Assembly (NCBI GenBank): GCA_036675745.1
Contig: JAKFEJ010000002.1
Span: forward strand, 959-64,958
Direction of reading: 5' to 3'
Origin: Chitinophagaceae bacterium
GTDB lineage: Bacteria; Bacteroidota; Bacteroidia; Chitinophagales; Chitinophagaceae
DNA length: 64,000 bases
In this document: positions 53,430-61,595 of the stretch, in pieces
Numbering within the stretch: position 1 is the first letter of the stretch
Layout of the letters: every line of letters begins with the position of its first letter
Notes under the pieces: model-generated
Database searches by the model: none
What the model was told of the DNA's origin: nothing
What the model saw: the letters and a program-made list of their open reading frames with translations, nothing else
Program-made: the position numbers and the translations under genes

Positions 53430-53453
53430 AATAACGTTGCCGGAAACGTTACC
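53430..53453. promoter_or_regulatory. Putative LacI operator upstream of the 53315-44997 operon
   Basis: AATAACGTTGCCGGAAACGTTACC, which contains the near-palindrome GGAAACGTTACC. Confidence 0.75.
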
Positions 53454-53541
53454 ATCCGCATATTGTATCTATCCGGGAAGCAGTTGATTCGTCACTACAC
53501 CTGCTGTGTTTGTGCCTTGGGCAGCTATTATTTTTTCGGCG

Positions 53542-53854
53542 TTGCCTATTCTCGGCGATTTTGGGCCTGCAACAACTCGATAGTACCGCCCCTCTGATAC
53601 TGTTGGAGATTATTGAGTACCGGCATGGAAGAAAATCAACTATCATCAGTTCGCAATTATCTGTCGTAAAATGGTATGAGATAATCGGTGACAGTACATT
53701 GGCTGACGACATCCTGGATAGAATGGTGCATACTTCGCACCGGTTGAGCTGAAAGGAGAATCATTAAGAAAAAAATAGAATCCTATTTTTATACAAGCAG
53801 CTCTTCGAAATTAGTACAGAAAATGAACCATCACACCGGGGTGGTCAAGATACA
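53542..53854 (+). mobile_element. istB: IS21-family remnant: frameshifted istB 3' part and probable right-end repeat
   Basis: LPILGDFG / LQQLD...LLEIIEYRHGRKSTIISSQL..KWYEIIGDSTLADDILDRMVH / ELKGESLRKK* with two frameshifts; GGGGTGGTCAAGATACA at 53838-53854. Confidence 0.8.
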
Positions 53855-54129
53855 ACAGCCATTTGTAAATGGCTTAAATTATATGAACAAGATTTTATTC
53901 GCATAAATAGATTTGATGACGTAAGTTTAACCCTTTCTTCAATCGTAGAAGGAAAGCATTCAACTATCCTTAAAGCAAAAAATCGGTCTTTTTCGATTGA
54001 ATTTGATTGAATTATTTTCTAAAACTTATCCGTAATATGTCAAAGACAAACTGTAATCAATTGAATCTATTCGATTTATAACAAGACGTTAGTGATTAAG
54101 TATCGGAAATCATAATCCGGGTTTTGCCA

Positions 54130-55468
54130 TTATCTATTTTTGAATTCCAGCAGCTTATTCGCAAACTCTTTTTTGATTTCTTTTCCGAAACTGTCCAGAT
54201 AATTTTCAGTTGTCTTCTTATCCATGTGTCCCAGCGCTTCCTGTATGTATTCAGTGCTGGCACCAGATCGTTTTAGTTGAGTACTGAAGCTATGGCGAGA
54301 AACGATGGTAGTGATTTTTCTTTCAATACCCAGAGTTGTCCCGATTTTTTCCATTTGATCATTGATAAAATGAGTAAAGGCTGGCACCAGTTTATACTTT
54401 TGTAAAGCATTTAAAGAATCCTCCATTATTGGAAAAATATAATTCTCAGGCTTTTTTTCCTTATTACCCCACTTATTGATTATTCGTTGCATATCTTCTG
54501 TGATATACACTGTGATGATCCTGGGATCATGCCGGGTAGTTCCTTCCGTTTTTACTCTTGTAAAAACCAAAAAACCGTCTTGTATATTTTTATACTTTAA
54601 ATGGACAACATCTTTAGGATTGATGCCATTCGAAAAATATAAAAAAAGCCAAAAATCTTTTGCCTTTTCTTGAAAAACACAATCAGGTTGGTAATAATAG
54701 ATCGTTTTGATCTGATCGATATCCAACGCTTTTTTAATATTGCGTCCATTAGGAATTCTATACCTGCGCCTTCCCAAACGTATAGCAAGAATCTTTTTTG
54801 ATGATGCCCATTTCATTGGCTTCATTAAAAATGGCTCGCAGACAACGAACCCTGATACCAATGGTTGTTTTAGACTTTCCGTTTTTGAGCATCCATTGTT
54901 CGTACCTTACCAAAAAACTTTTCGTTATTTCTGTAAACAGGCAGTCTCCGCCAAATTTTTTTATGGAGGTATAAGATTCCCGATAATTGTAAGCAGTACC
55001 GATGCGTTCCTCCTGCAACAACATTTTTACATACGCTATATAGACGGTAGAAATGGTTCGGGGACGAGATGCCTTTTCTAAAAGCATGGAAAAATTCTTA
55101 TGGTACGGTGTGTAATCAAAATCATTTAACGGAAGAATTTCCTGATTTTCGCTTACTCTTTTCCTTTGTTTGAATAGCTTATTATGAGCAACAAAGCCAC
55201 GTTCAAACTCTGCGAAAACAAAGGCAGTCATATCATAAACGTAATTCTCACATGTCTGCCTGATCAACTTCAATTTGTCCCTGGTGAATTGCAGATCAGA
55301 GTTTATCCTTGGAGAGTTCAGTTTCTCATATTCTTCTTTAGATAAATCGAAAATTGTTTGATAATGCCTGGTCTTTCTTTGGTATGTGACCTGAAGCTTA
55401 ACAGGATACTTTTTTGCTTTTGCTTTCATTCTCCTTGTATCGAGAATGATCTTTACTGTTGTTGACAT
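54130..55468 (-). pseudogene. Tyrosine recombinase/integrase (Bacteroidetes arm-binding + SAM-like + catalytic domains), split by a single frameshift
   Basis: ORF 54758..55537 (KIILDTRR...YPVKLQVTY) and ORF 54130..54861 (GINPKD, SRHSFST, LGH...TTENY) join if one base of CCC at 54773-54775 is removed. Confidence 0.85.
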
Positions 55469-55658
55469 AACTGAATAATTTTCATTTTCACAATTGTCTT
55501 TCTCACCTGTATTTGCATTGGATTTGCAAACATTCACCAGTTAAAGTCAATTAATCTTCACTTGACCTAATTAGCAAAATACGTGCAGAAAATTGAAAAT
55601 CAATCAATTAGTCAAAATAGATTAAACGAAGAAAAGCCACGTAAAGTTATTTTTGCCG

Positions 55659-55712
55659 CTTAAAATCCTGTGACCCGCAACGGTCGTAACGGTTCAACTC
55701 CGTTCCGGGGCA
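55659..55712 (+). tRNA. 3' half of tRNA-Leu(TAA), probable att site of the island (not a complete tRNA)
   Basis: CTTAAAA loop, TCCTG, long variable arm GACC-cgcaac-GGTC, T arm AACGG-TTCAACT-CCGTT, CCGGGGC-A. The upstream sequence cannot supply a D arm or 5' stems. Confidence 0.85.
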
Positions 55713-55719
55713 CAATTTT

Positions 55720-55743
55720 AAAGTGACGTAAGTCGCTTTTGTT
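55720..55743 (+). terminator. Hairpin downstream of the tRNA 3' end (second copy at 56073-56092)
   Basis: AAAGTGAC-GTAA-GTCGCTTT followed by T-rich sequence. Confidence 0.6.
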
Positions 55744-55748
55744 GTTTT

Positions 55749-55997
55749 ATGTATTGGGTTTATATACTATATTCTGACAAATGTGATCGTTACTATATTG
55801 GTTATAGCGATGATGTTTTAGCGAGATTAGAAAGGCACAACACAGGAAAAGTTACTGCGACAAGAAATTGCAGGCCTTATATAATTAAAGCAACCAAAGA
55901 TTTTGCCAGCGAATCAGAAGCACGCAAAGAAGAATGGCGGTTAAAGAAACAAAAAAGTAGAAAATATCTTGAATGGCTGATTGCCGGGAATTGGTAG
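55749..55997 (+). CDS. Small standalone GIY-YIG nuclease family protein (82 aa)
   Basis: WVYILYS...YYIGYS...RLERHN...EARKEEWRLK; the conserved Tyr, Arg, His and Glu positions are present. Confidence 0.9.
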   Translation: MYWVYILYSDKCDRYYIGYSDDVLARLERHNTGKVTATRNCRPYIIKATKDFASESEARKEEWRLKKQKSRKYLEWLIAGNW

Positions 55998-56065
55998 ATA
56001 CGCCCCGATATAAATCGGGGTGACCCGCAACGGTCGTACCCCGATTTATATCGGAGTCCGGGGCA
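55983..56065 (+). pseudogene. tRNA-Leu-derived pseudo-copy with anticodon and T arms replaced by 18-bp palindromes
   Basis: GGAATTGGTAGATACG (D-loop-like), CCCCGATATAAATCGGGG, intact variable arm, A-CCCCGATTTATATCGGAG-T, then CCGGGGCA. Confidence 0.8.
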
Positions 56066-56101
56066 CAATTTTAAAGCGACGTAAGTCGCTTTAGTTGTTT
56101 T

Positions 56102-56200
56102 ATGTAATGGCTTATTATAATGTGTGACCCTTATTACATTGGTGCTAATACAGTTTTGGCAGGAACTGAATGCCCATGCCAGAATATTAAACTGTTAGTG
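56102..56200 (+). pseudogene. Decayed second GIY-YIG copy
   Basis: Reads in frame M*WLIIMCDPYYIGANTVLAG versus MYWVYILYSDKCDRYYIGYSDDVLAR, in the same position relative to the repeat. Confidence 0.7.
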
Positions 56201-56212
56201 AAATTACCGTAC

Positions 56213-57688
56213 TTACTTATTTAAAGGGTTTATCAGTGTATCCATATAAATCACAGGGTGTTTGCCAGTATTCCCCCAGTTTAAAGAATCGTTCGAAGCC
56301 CGATGTATGATAGTTAAACTCTTGGCTTTCTTCCTATCCTTTGTATTTTCAAAACAAACCTGTCTTATAAATGGCTCGGGTGTCCAGTCCTTAAACGTGG
56401 AAGGCAATCCGAATTCGTCCTTATAATCCTTTATACCGTGAGACTGAGAAAATGCATTTTCGGAGGCTCTTACAAAATAGACGGTATCAACTTTTTGCCA
56501 GTTCTCCTGATCAAGCCTATCTCTTAGCTTAGCATACTCATACTTGAGGGGATCAATAAATTGAGGGTTGAAGTTATAATATCCTGCAACAATGATAATA
56601 CCAATGAAAGCGAGGGTAATTTGTCGTTGATATTTGAATCTTTTTGTAAGTATAAAAATATTTCCAAATAGTACAACAGGTATTAACATGGATAAGGCCA
56701 GCATGGTTCTGTAGGAAGCAAAATTTTCACTCACGACAAGTCCCGGAATATACATTAGCAAACATATAATAAGAAGAACAACCAGGATTCCAAAGGTTTC
56801 TTTAACTTTTTTATTGATTCGGTAAATTGAAATTATTAATAACAGGGCGCACAATGGATAAAAAGTCTGAGATAATATTCCATGATAATTATACAAAAAG
56901 TTGAAGCTAAACGCCAGCGCCAGGGGATGAGAAACAAAAAAAGATAGCTTGCCTAAAATATCAAACTGAAGACCAGTCCGGTCACTTCCTGTCAAATGAA
57001 ACCAGGTCAACGAATACTTGAATAGAAAAAAATAAATACCCACTATCAGCAAATAAAATGCAACACCAATAATCAACTTCTTCTCAATTTTCCTGGAGAC
57101 AAAGAAAAAATAATACGCAAAGGGAATCAGAAAACAGCCAAAACAGTTTTGATAAATAAAAAGCGATAACAATCCTGAAAAAACTATAACAAATAATTTC
57201 GTTGCTGATATCCGGATACTTTCTTTCGGCCGCATTAAATCCATAAATAATAAATGCCCGGAAAATAATCCGGCTGCAAATCCTATGAATACTTCCAGGC
57301 ACGAGGCCCATCCTATATAGATCGCTACAGGCAATGAGCATACTAAAAATATTGATGAGAATGTAATAACCAGGTCAGGAAGCTGTAAAAATTGGTTCCA
57401 CTTGTTAAGCAGATACGGCCATAATAGCGCAGCCAGGCACCAGCCTGCAAACGAGAACAGCCTTAAGTATTTTAGATCATCGATACTCTTAGTCCAATAA
57501 AAAAACTTATTAAAAATCCATCCTGTTATAAACCGGCCTTGTGTTGCAAACATGACAAAGTTAGAACCATCTTCGTTGTGCCATAGCTGATGGGCTTCAT
57601 CCAGGTAGGCATACCTGGCGAAGGGTATTTGCCAAAAAAAAATCGCTAACAAGCACAATGGAAAATAATATTTAAATTTTCTGGCCAC
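56213..57688 (-). CDS. Polytopic membrane protein, GtrII-like (GT-C) glycosyltransferase
   Basis: YAYLDE...QGRFIT near the N-terminus, many TM segments, FIYQN, RTMLAL; paralog of the adjacent gene. Confidence 0.65.
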   Translation of the reverse strand: MARKFKYYFPLCLLAIFFWQIPFARYAYLDEAHQLWHNEDGSNFVMFATQGRFITGWIFNKFFYWTKSIDDLKYLRLFSFAGWCLAALLWPYLLNKWNQFLQLPDLVITFSSIFLVCSLPVAIYIGWASCLEVFIGFAAGLFSGHLLFMDLMRPKESIRISATKLFVIVFSGLLSLFIYQNCFGCFLIPFAYYFFFVSRKIEKKLIIGVAFYLLIVGIYFFLFKYSLTWFHLTGSDRTGLQFDILGKLSFFVSHPLALAFSFNFLYNYHGILSQTFYPLCALLLIISIYRINKKVKETFGILVVLLIICLLMYIPGLVVSENFASYRTMLALSMLIPVVLFGNIFILTKRFKYQRQITLAFIGIIIVAGYYNFNPQFIDPLKYEYAKLRDRLDQENWQKVDTVYFVRASENAFSQSHGIKDYKDEFGLPSTFKDWTPEPFIRQVCFENTKDRKKAKSLTIIHRASNDSLNWGNTGKHPVIYMDTLINPLNK

Positions 57689-57731
57689 GTGTCTGATGTA
57701 TAATCAATTTTGAATAAAAGTTTTTCTGTTC

Positions 57732-59234
57732 TTATTTTTCGGCGGCAATAATTTTCTCTGCATCAATCAGCAAAATATCATTTGAAAGATTCTCTCCGGA
57801 TTTAAGATAAGATTCTTTCCCTAACCAATGTTTAATAACCAGCTTATCCGCAAGTCCCCTATCTCCTGTCTTTTCATAAATAATTTGTTTTACTAAAAAC
57901 TCCGGCACCCAGTCAAAAAAACTTGACGGCACTCCAAATTCATCCCAGGATCGGGTAATATGGAGATCTTTTACAAAAAAATCTTCTTCCGGTCTTATAA
58001 AATAAAAAGTATTAATTCCAGGTCTGTAATTAGTCTCTATGAATGATCGCAATTTTGCGTATTCATATTTTATTGGATGCAGGAATTGTTTATTAAAATT
58101 AAACCAGGCATTGATTACAAATAATCCAGACAAAACCGCTACAATCATCCAACGCGTTTTCTCTTTTTTTATATAACTTATCATCATCTCAGCCATTAAA
58201 AAGAAAACAGCCATTTTTAATGCCAGCAGGGTTCTGTTTGAAGAGTAGTTTTCCTTTATAACCAACGAAGGGATGTACATAAGCAAAAAGAAAACTAAAA
58301 CAATTCCAAAATACCGGAAGCGTTTACTCAATGACATAAACTGCAACCTGTAAAGAGCCGTAATCCCCCATGCTATTAAAAATATTGCATATACAACATA
58401 ACCCATAATGCTCTTTTCATTAAACAAATAAGTAAAATGAAAAGCGGAAGATAACGGTCGGCTATACATAAACTTTAGCTTACTCACTATGTTTATATGC
58501 AGATTAGTGCGGCTACTGGCTTCTATATGATTTAGCTTCAGATTATATTTAAACAGTAAATAATATACCCCGTAAATAAAAAGATAAATCCCAATTGCTA
58601 TAAAAATCTTTTTTAGATTTTGTGGCTTTGCAATAAAGTGTAACAAAAAAGGAATTAAAAAACATCCAAACCCATTCTGATACGTAAACAGTGAAATAAT
58701 ACCAAATACAACGGATAATATGATCCCCTTTATTTGTATCGCCGGCTTTTCGTCCTGGCTGGTAAAAGAATACAAAAAATAGCCCGACAATAACCCAGTT
58801 GTATTGGCAAGAAAAAGTTCAAGGCAAGAGGCCCAGCTTACATAGATAGAGAACTGAGGCGTACATACCAGGTATAGTGTACCCCAAAAAGCTAACACTT
58901 CCGGTAGCTTTTCTTTTATCACTATTTGCTTTATAATATAATACCATATTGGTATTGAGATGATCCCGCTACCAAAAGAAAACACCCGTATATAAGATAT
59001 TTCACTGATTCTGGTCACTGACCCAAAAAGCCACTGAAATAATTTTTCCGTTATATATCGTCCTTGCGGAAGAAACATTTGGAAATTCTTTTCTTTTGGA
59101 TAATACCACAACTGAACGATCTCGTCCGTATAAGCATATTCGGAATAAAAAACAGGATAAAAAATGACTACAACCAGCCCGATAAGAAAAAAAATTATAC
59201 CTGCATCTTTTTGTCTTTCCCTTGAAAATATCAT
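57732..59234 (-). CDS. Polytopic membrane protein, GtrII-like (GT-C) glycosyltransferase
   Basis: YAYTDE...QGRYIT, WASCLE, FTYQNGFGCFLIPF, RTLLAL. Confidence 0.65.
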   Translation of the reverse strand: MIFSRERQKDAGIIFFLIGLVVVIFYPVFYSEYAYTDEIVQLWYYPKEKNFQMFLPQGRYITEKLFQWLFGSVTRISEISYIRVFSFGSGIISIPIWYYIIKQIVIKEKLPEVLAFWGTLYLVCTPQFSIYVSWASCLELFLANTTGLLSGYFLYSFTSQDEKPAIQIKGIILSVVFGIISLFTYQNGFGCFLIPFLLHFIAKPQNLKKIFIAIGIYLFIYGVYYLLFKYNLKLNHIEASSRTNLHINIVSKLKFMYSRPLSSAFHFTYLFNEKSIMGYVVYAIFLIAWGITALYRLQFMSLSKRFRYFGIVLVFFLLMYIPSLVIKENYSSNRTLLALKMAVFFLMAEMMISYIKKEKTRWMIVAVLSGLFVINAWFNFNKQFLHPIKYEYAKLRSFIETNYRPGINTFYFIRPEEDFFVKDLHITRSWDEFGVPSSFFDWVPEFLVKQIIYEKTGDRGLADKLVIKHWLGKESYLKSGENLSNDILLIDAEKIIAAEK

Positions 59235-59407
59235 ATCAGCGTTTTATCTTTTTAATTTATTCTCCCGGTTATCTAAATTTTATTAACGCATGATTATGTC
59301 CCGGTTGTAAGATTGGAAGCATTAAATTAAGTTTGAAAATTACCGTTTAATCTTTATCGGTTAACTATTTTTTATTTTTTTCCTTTACCTATTCGTATAC
59401 TTTTCCG

Positions 59408-59506
59408 TTACAAAAATGGCCAAAGCCATAACCAATAACGAATGTGCCAAACCGGGTAATACCAGAGGACCTTTTCTTTCCGTAGCCGGCGCTTGATTGA
59501 TTTCAT
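59408..59506 (-). CDS. Possible 32-aa cationic, Trp-rich small protein
   Basis: ATG to TAA frame MKSIKRRLRKEKVLWYYPVWHIRYWLWLWPFL, preceded by A-rich GATAAAAAATT. Confidence 0.3.
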   Translation of the reverse strand: MKSIKRRLRKEKVLWYYPVWHIRYWLWLWPFL

Positions 59507-59553
59507 AATTTTTTATCCCGCCAAAGCTTGCTTATTTTGTGTAAAAACAGGTT

Positions 59554-60792
59554 ATGCCCGATATAAAATGCCCGAATTGTAACTACGAGTTTCCATTGGA
59601 AGAAGCATTGAATGACGAACTGAAGGAAGCTATTGAAAAAGAAAAACAGGAATTGCGACAAAAAATGAGTGATCACCTGAAGAAGAAGGATGAGGAGTTG
59701 TTACGAAAAGAGACAGAATGGAAAGCACAGCAGGAAAAAAGGGAAAAGGAGCTGAAATCTCTGCTTGAAACTAATCTCCGGAAAAATATAACTGCTGATT
59801 TTGAAAACCAACTTCGGTTGCTTGAACAAAATAATAAAGACAACGAAGAAAAGCTAAAGCAATCCCGGCAGAAAGAAGCTGATTTTTTTCGCAAAGAACA
59901 AGAGTTAAAAAACAAAGAGGCCGAAATAGAAATAACAGTACAAAAGCAATTGCAAAAGGACCGGGAAAAACTGACCGAAGACATACGAAGAATTGAAGAA
60001 CAAAAGATAGCTACTAAAGAAACTGAATTCCAACTACGTTTAAAGGAGCTTGAAAAACAGCTGGATGATCAAAAAAAACTGGCCGATGAAATGCGGCGGA
60101 AAGCGGAGCAGGGGTCTATGCAACTACAAGGCGAAGTGCAGGAACTGGCATTGGAAGAAATGCTGAAAACCTCTTTTCCCTTTGACCTTATCAGCGAGGT
60201 GGGCAAAGGCGTCCGTGGGGCCGATTGTATTCAGACTGTACGTAACAGTTTCGGCCAGGAGTGCGGTAAGATCATTTATGAAAGCAAAAGAACGGAAAAT
60301 TTCAGCGCAGACTGGATAGAAAAATTAAAGGCAGATATGCGGATCCTTGGCGCTGATGTAGCAATCATTGTAACAAAAGCGATGCCTAAGGGAATGGAAC
60401 GATTTGGAGAAAAAGATGGTGTATGGATCTGCAATTTTACGGAACTAAAGAGCGTAGCATATATGCTGAGGGATGGCATTATTAAAATTTCCAATGCTTC
60501 AAAAAGCCAGGAGAATAAAGGCGATAAAATGCATATGCTGTATGATTATCTCACCAGTAATGAATTTGCCGGCCAATGGAAAGCTATCCGTGAAGGTTTT
60601 ATGAGCATGAAACTATCAATACAAAAAGAAAGAGATGCAATGGAAAGACTATGGAAGGCTAGAGAAAAACAATTAGAAAAAGTATTGTTGAATGCAGCCC
60701 ATGTCCGTGGTTCTATCGAAGGTATATCCGGGTTGGATTCTGTTGATCTGAATCTACTGGAATCAGGAAATGAGGATGATATGGCGCATTGA
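59554..60792 (+). CDS. DUF2130 domain coiled-coil protein
   Basis: IKCPNC, long coiled coil, QGSMQLQGEVQEL, EVGKGVRGAD, IIYESKRT. Confidence 0.85.
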   Translation: MPDIKCPNCNYEFPLEEALNDELKEAIEKEKQELRQKMSDHLKKKDEELLRKETEWKAQQEKREKELKSLLETNLRKNITADFENQLRLLEQNNKDNEEKLKQSRQKEADFFRKEQELKNKEAEIEITVQKQLQKDREKLTEDIRRIEEQKIATKETEFQLRLKELEKQLDDQKKLADEMRRKAEQGSMQLQGEVQELALEEMLKTSFPFDLISEVGKGVRGADCIQTVRNSFGQECGKIIYESKRTENFSADWIEKLKADMRILGADVAIIVTKAMPKGMERFGEKDGVWICNFTELKSVAYMLRDGIIKISNASKSQENKGDKMHMLYDYLTSNEFAGQWKAIREGFMSMKLSIQKERDAMERLWKAREKQLEKVLLNAAHVRGSIEGISGLDSVDLNLLESGNEDDMAH

Positions 60793-60795
60793 TCA

Positions 60796-61413
60796 CTAAC
60801 TAACAACCCATGCCAGCATTAAATGATCGAACCGGCGATACCGTACAGACAGATTGGATTCATTTTTTGAAAAAAAACATTCAATTGTTTCCGTATTATT
60901 ATTCTGGCTTTTCAATTGAATTTGTTCGCTGAAATCAACTCCTCCATCTCCATACCATTTAAAGACAGATTCCTTACAACTCCAGAGAAGGGTAAGGATA
61001 CCAGGATCAGGAGATAATTCACTGATGAGCCATTTTTTTTTTTCATCATTACTTAAAAATTTATCCTTTATCCGAATAATTTTCTCCACAGGTATTTCAA
61101 TATCGACCCCTACTCTGCTGTATTTGCTTACAATAGCTGCCGCATAGTCACCACAATGTGAAATAGAAAAATGATATTGTTCATTCAACAAAAAGGGCTT
61201 GCGGGTATCTGCGATCTGGATAAGTTCATAAGGAAAATCAGAAAATAGAAACTGCAGCAAAAACCGGCCGGCAAGATGTTGCAGACGCTTATGCGGATGA
61301 GTCACATCACGGTGTTGCGGCACATTTCCTTTGAAAAACTCCTCCGTTTCTTCAATTTTCCAGATACCCAACCGGGTGGTTTCGTTAACTTGATGTTGAA
61401 AAAAAATCGGCAT
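60796..61413 (-). CDS. 4'-phosphopantetheinyl transferase superfamily protein
   Basis: RKP...FSISH, VGVDIE, WSCKESVFK. Confidence 0.9.
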   Translation of the reverse strand: MPIFFQHQVNETTRLGIWKIEETEEFFKGNVPQHRDVTHPHKRLQHLAGRFLLQFLFSDFPYELIQIADTRKPFLLNEQYHFSISHCGDYAAAIVSKYSRVGVDIEIPVEKIIRIKDKFLSNDEKKKWLISELSPDPGILTLLWSCKESVFKWYGDGGVDFSEQIQLKSQNNNTETIECFFSKNESNLSVRYRRFDHLMLAWVVS

Positions 61414-61595
61414 ACATCAGCTTTTCATGTGTTAATTTTATTTTTTTTTGCCATCACGAAATGTTTCGGGACAAGCTATGTAATTCGCCATAAAAATTTT
61501 CATCGCTTTTGACATAAATTGCTCGAAAATTCTTATGGCTCATTTCATCTTTATTTTGCTCCATACAAATTTTCAATAAAAACCGAAGATAGAAA

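Larger units (their letters stand above)
55671..56106 (+). repeat. Direct repeat (about 350-bp period) of tRNA-Leu 3' part, hairpin and GIY-YIG start
   Basis: TGACCCGCAACGGTCGTA at 55671 and 56021; TCCGGGGCACAATTTTAAAG(T/C)GACGTAAGTCGCTTT(T/A)GTTGTTTTATGTA at 55704-55753 and 56057-56106. Confidence 0.92.

Noticed and set aside
53858-54010. Open + strand frame AICKWLKLYEQDFIRINRFDD...IEFD* after the IS21 end, vaguely like the N-terminus of ATP-grasp peptide maturases
   Set aside because: About 50 codons with no start codon; the resemblance is too weak to call without a search.
55640-55715. Complete functional tRNA-Leu gene
   Set aside because: The 5' acceptor strand, D arm and 5' anticodon stem are absent; only the 3' half is present.
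55749-55997. Group I intron homing endonuclease within a tRNA
   Set aside because: The ORF lies downstream of the tRNA 3' end rather than inside it, and there is no room for an intron core.
55671-56106. CRISPR array
   Set aside because: Only two repeat copies, tRNA-derived, separated by a protein-coding gene; no cas genes in the window.
59673-59984. Ser/Phe-rich minus-strand ORF
   Set aside because: It is the antisense reading of the Glu/Lys-rich coiled coil of the DUF2130 gene.
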